This document shows, one piece after another, positions 61,427-64,000 of a stretch of 64,000 nt of DNA (the first letter of the stretch is position 1; each line of letters opens with the position of its first letter). The stretch covers positions 72,595 through 136,594 of the forward strand of contig MCFE01000193.1 of the NCBI GenBank assembly GCA_002104905.1, read 5' to 3'. The notes beneath the pieces were generated by a model, which worked only from the letters and a program-made list of their open reading frames with translations, searched no databases and was not told the origin of the DNA. The position numbers and the translations under genes are program-made. This DNA is from Basidiobolus meristosporus CBS 931.73. Taxonomy: Eukaryota > Fungi > Basidiobolomycota.

Positions 61427-63397
61427 GGTTAGGGGGGGAGACAGTCACCAACAGGTGAAATCTTTATTTCAGTTGAAACAAAGAAGCCAGCGCTACTGTT
61501 GTAGCTTTGATACAAGAGTGTGTAGCTGAGGGGAATTAGTAGGTAAGTTAATAAGAAGTGATGATAGTTCTTCAGTGCTCAAGACACTGTTCAGTGGGAA
61601 GGGGGGTAGCAAGAGAGGTAAGAATGACTTGTGAACAACATTAATGAGGGGAATGTGATAAGGATTGATATTCATCATAAAGGGAGTGTGCTGCTGCAGA
61701 TATTGCTGCCAAAGGTCTGTCAAGTACTTCAGGTAGGCCAGCTTGGGTTTTTCTGACTGCAGAATAAATTCAGCAAACTTCTTGACTTCAGGATCTCCAA
61801 GTATGGTTCTCCAGCAGGAGCCAGGTGTTGTGTGGTGTGTTCTCTTCCAGGCCTTAATCAGTGGGTTGTTGCAGTTGTGAAGTCTGAGGTATAATCTGGT
61901 TCTAAGGTAGAGAAGTCTGATCTTATAGGGCATAAACCCAAAAGCACCAAGAATAGCATGTCTGTAGGGGCATTCAGGCAAATGAGGCACCAAGGAGGTA
62001 ATGCACCATACTGCAAACTTGTCAAGCTTAGTGCAGTCTCTAGAAGTAAAAGAGAGAAGTGGTAAGCCAAATTCCAGGACAGGGAAGACAAACTGCTTGA
62101 GTAGAAGGAGGCAGCTGGGAGCTGAAGCTGTAGGAGGAGTAACAGCCAGTAGCTTGTGGAGTGCCTGTCTTGCTAGGATAATTCTCTTCTTCAGGTGTGC
62201 TCCAGAGTCTAGTCCAGTAGGAAGGAAAGGAAAGCCAAGATATGTAGCAGAAACCTGCGCAGGTAGAGTGGAGTTCTCCAAGTTGATGGGAGTGCCCAAA
62301 GGTACTGTCTTCGCAATGAAAAGCTGGAGATTATTCTTCTGCAGATACTGGTGGATGGTCTGGGAGTCTTGTTGCACATTGGAGGAGGATATTCTGATGT
62401 CATCAGCAAAGATAGTAACCAGGCAGTCAGCTGAGAGTCTTGGGAAATCATTCAGGAAGATGGCAAACAGTATAGGACCAAGCACAGAGCCTTGAACCAC
62501 TCCATTAGGAACTGAGAACACTGGTGATTGCTCACTTGGGTGCAGAATTCTTGCTTGTGGATCCAGAAACAGAGACCTGACAAGGAGGGTGAGAGAGGTA
62601 CTGGAGAAGCATTGCAACTTGGACCAAAGCAGATTTCTGTCAACTGAATCAAAGGCCTTAGTAATATCAAACAGAACAGAGGGATACTTGCACTGGAGAG
62701 AGTGATCTTGGCTAAGTATGACTGCATATTCCAAGGAGAGGCCAGGAACAAAGCCAAACTGTGGAGGATGAAACTTGAGGGAGTCAGAGTAGAGCTCCTG
62801 AGCAAGCAGAAGCTCAAACACCTTTCTGCAGGTGGGCAGCAGAGATATTGGTCTGTAGGAGCTGGGATCCAGGTGCTTTCCTTTACCCTTGTACAGTGGC
62901 AGAACATTTGCAAAGGACCATTCCTCAGGAGTAGAAAGCTGGGCTGAGCATTGCTGAAACAGTGGAAGCAGAAGTGCAGACATGGCCTTGGTACTAGTCT
63001 TCAGAAGCTCATAGGAGATTGTGTCCACACCTGGAGCAGTAGAGTTGGGAAGCCTCTTGAGCACATTATGGATTCTCCCTTGATCAAGTGCAAGTGGGAT
63101 GGGCAGAGTCTTGAAGTCAGGATGAAAGCCAGGAGTTGAGTACTGCTTTGTAGAGAAGAAGATGTTAGCCAGCTGTTCTGTTGAAGGTAACTTCCTGGAA
63201 GAGGGCCTCATTGCCCTGTAGAGTCTTGATACTGTTCTTGTGATAGAGTTGGAAGATTGCAGAGGCAAAGATCTCATAATATGATCCCAGAGCTGAGTAT
63301 GCAGAGTGTGGTGAATTGCCTTGGAGTGGTGTATTGCTGTCAGGAGGAGTTTCTCTGTTTTTGGGTTAGGGAAACTCAGGTAGCTTTGTTGTAGGGC
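61427..63397 (-). mobile_element. Telomeric retro-unit U5: longest family-A RT copy
   Basis: 3' tail at 61427-61490 and an uninterrupted ORF. Distal end joined to (TTAGGG)2-3. Confidence 0.92.
61493..63277 (-). CDS. Non-LTR (LINE-type) reverse transcriptase, 594 aa from ATG, no endonuclease visible
   Basis: APGVDTI, W....V.P.YKGKG, YRPISLL, QFGF, FDITKAFDSV, GVVQGSVLGPILF, FADD, YLG. The frame stays open upstream to 63397. Confidence 0.93.
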   Translation of the reverse strand: MRSLPLQSSNSITRTVSRLYRAMRPSSRKLPSTEQLANIFFSTKQYSTPGFHPDFKTLPIPLALDQGRIHNVLKRLPNSTAPGVDTISYELLKTSTKAMSALLLPLFQQCSAQLSTPEEWSFANVLPLYKGKGKHLDPSSYRPISLLPTCRKVFELLLAQELYSDSLKFHPPQFGFVPGLSLEYAVILSQDHSLQCKYPSVLFDITKAFDSVDRNLLWSKLQCFSSTSLTLLVRSLFLDPQARILHPSEQSPVFSVPNGVVQGSVLGPILFAIFLNDFPRLSADCLVTIFADDIRISSSNVQQDSQTIHQYLQKNNLQLFIAKTVPLGTPINLENSTLPAQVSATYLGFPFLPTGLDSGAHLKKRIILARQALHKLLAVTPPTASAPSCLLLLKQFVFPVLEFGLPLLSFTSRDCTKLDKFAVWCITSLVPHLPECPYRHAILGAFGFMPYKIRLLYLRTRLYLRLHNCNNPLIKAWKRTHHTTPGSCWRTILGDPEVKKFAEFILQSEKPKLAYLKYLTDLWQQYLQQHTPFMMNINPYHIPLINVVHKSFLPLLLPPFPLNSVLSTEELSSLLINLPTNSPQLHTLVSKLQQ

Positions 63398-63880
63398 TTA
63401 GGGTTAGGGTTAGGGGAGGGAAAGTCACCAAGTTGGTGAAATCTTTATTTGAGTTAAGAACTAATCTAGGTACAAATAAAGAAGCCAATTAAGAGGTCTA
63501 GAACCTCTCTAATAAATAATCTAATTTATGTTTTGTTTCATCTCTAATGTTTGTTTCAATAAAGTAAAGCTCATCAGGGGTAAATATAAAATTCAGGGGT
63601 TTTGGGGGAAGTACAAATTGTAGATGTTTCTGATCAATATAATCCAAGACTGGAACCCAGCCTGGGATTAGGTATAGTAGGAAAGGTGTGTGGACTTGTA
63701 AGTAGCTCTGCCACATAGATCTTAGATGGTCCTGAGCCAGTAGTCTTGGTTTCTCAGCTTTTTGAAGTTTTGAAGCAAGCTCTGTTACTACAGCAGAGCC
63801 AACCAGGGTGTGCCAGCAAGAAGATTTCAGGGAGGAGTTAGATTGAAGCCATTGTTTGATGGAGGGGTTATGTGATTTCT
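63398..63880 (-). mobile_element. Telomeric retro-unit U6: 3' fragment of a second, diverged RT family (B)
   Basis: The open frame 63881-63498 reads NPSIKQW..SSCWHTLVG..EKPRL..WQSYLQVHTPF..LPPKPLN, which aligns with family A NPLIKAW..GSCWRTILG..EKPKL..WQQYLQQHTPF..LPPFPLN. Tail motif at 63410-63487. Confidence 0.85.
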
Positions 63881-64000
63881 GGGTTAGGGTAGGGTTAGGG
63901 TTAGGGTTAGGGTTAGGTTAGGGTTAGGGTTAGGGTTAGGGTTAGGGTTAGGGTTAGGGTTAGGGTTAGGGTTAGGGTTAGGGTTAGGGTTAGTTAGTTA
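63881..64000 (+). repeat. Telomeric (TTAGGG)n tract, about 18 units
   Basis: Perfect hexamers with one TAGGG and one TTAGG variant. The last 11 nt are degenerate. Confidence 0.97.

Noticed and set aside
61493-63277. RT as TERT or a Penelope-like (Athena/Coprina) terminal RT
   Set aside because: The motifs (APG.D, YRPISLL, QFGF, KAFDSV, GVxQGSVLGP) are those of LINE-type RTs. No TERT T-motif or PLE features are seen.
57084-63487. Shared junction motif as an LTR or CRISPR repeat
   Set aside because: There are no TG...CA ends, PBS or PPT. The spacers are kb-sized coding units of variable length, the context is eukaryotic, and no cas genes are present.
63990-64000. Terminal TTAGTTAGTTA as a variant telomere repeat
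   Set aside because: These are the last bases of a contig, so low-coverage consensus error is more likely.

Overview
This is the right-hand end of a eukaryotic chromosome, ending in (TTAGGG)n. It is very probably fungal, based on the Con-6 family genes, short GT-AG introns and a chromovirus. An early-diverging lineage such as Basidiobolus/Zoopagomycota is my inference only. Four zones: (1) 1-24.2 kb is a CpG-poor nested transposon stack: a PIF/Harbinger-ISL2EU-type DNA transposon with its foldback MITE, three copia copies (tandem with a shared LTR, plus an inverted duplicate), and a Tf1-type self-priming chromovirus interrupted by a solo LTR. (2) 24.2-31.7 kb is a CpG-rich gene island: a secreted GPI-like protein, cyclin C, ribosomal P1, a Dap1-like cytochrome-b5 protein and tRNA-Pro. 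(3) 32-57 kb is a duplicated subtelomeric block: GH32, a HAD phosphatase, 12 tandem Con-6-like genes, a small 8-Cys secreted peptide and a 3xSH3b-GH24 lysozyme. (4) 57-64 kb is a head-to-tail array of six retro-units, all on the minus strand with 5' ends towards the telomere. They are three copies of a LINE-type RT, a second diverged RT family, an ORF1-only unit, and a non-coding unit with tRNA-like Pol III boxes and an internal CCCTAACCCT. All share a covarying double-hairpin 3' tail fused to TTAGGG. This multipartite telomeric retroelement system is the main candidate novelty. All calls were made by eye; no database searches were run.
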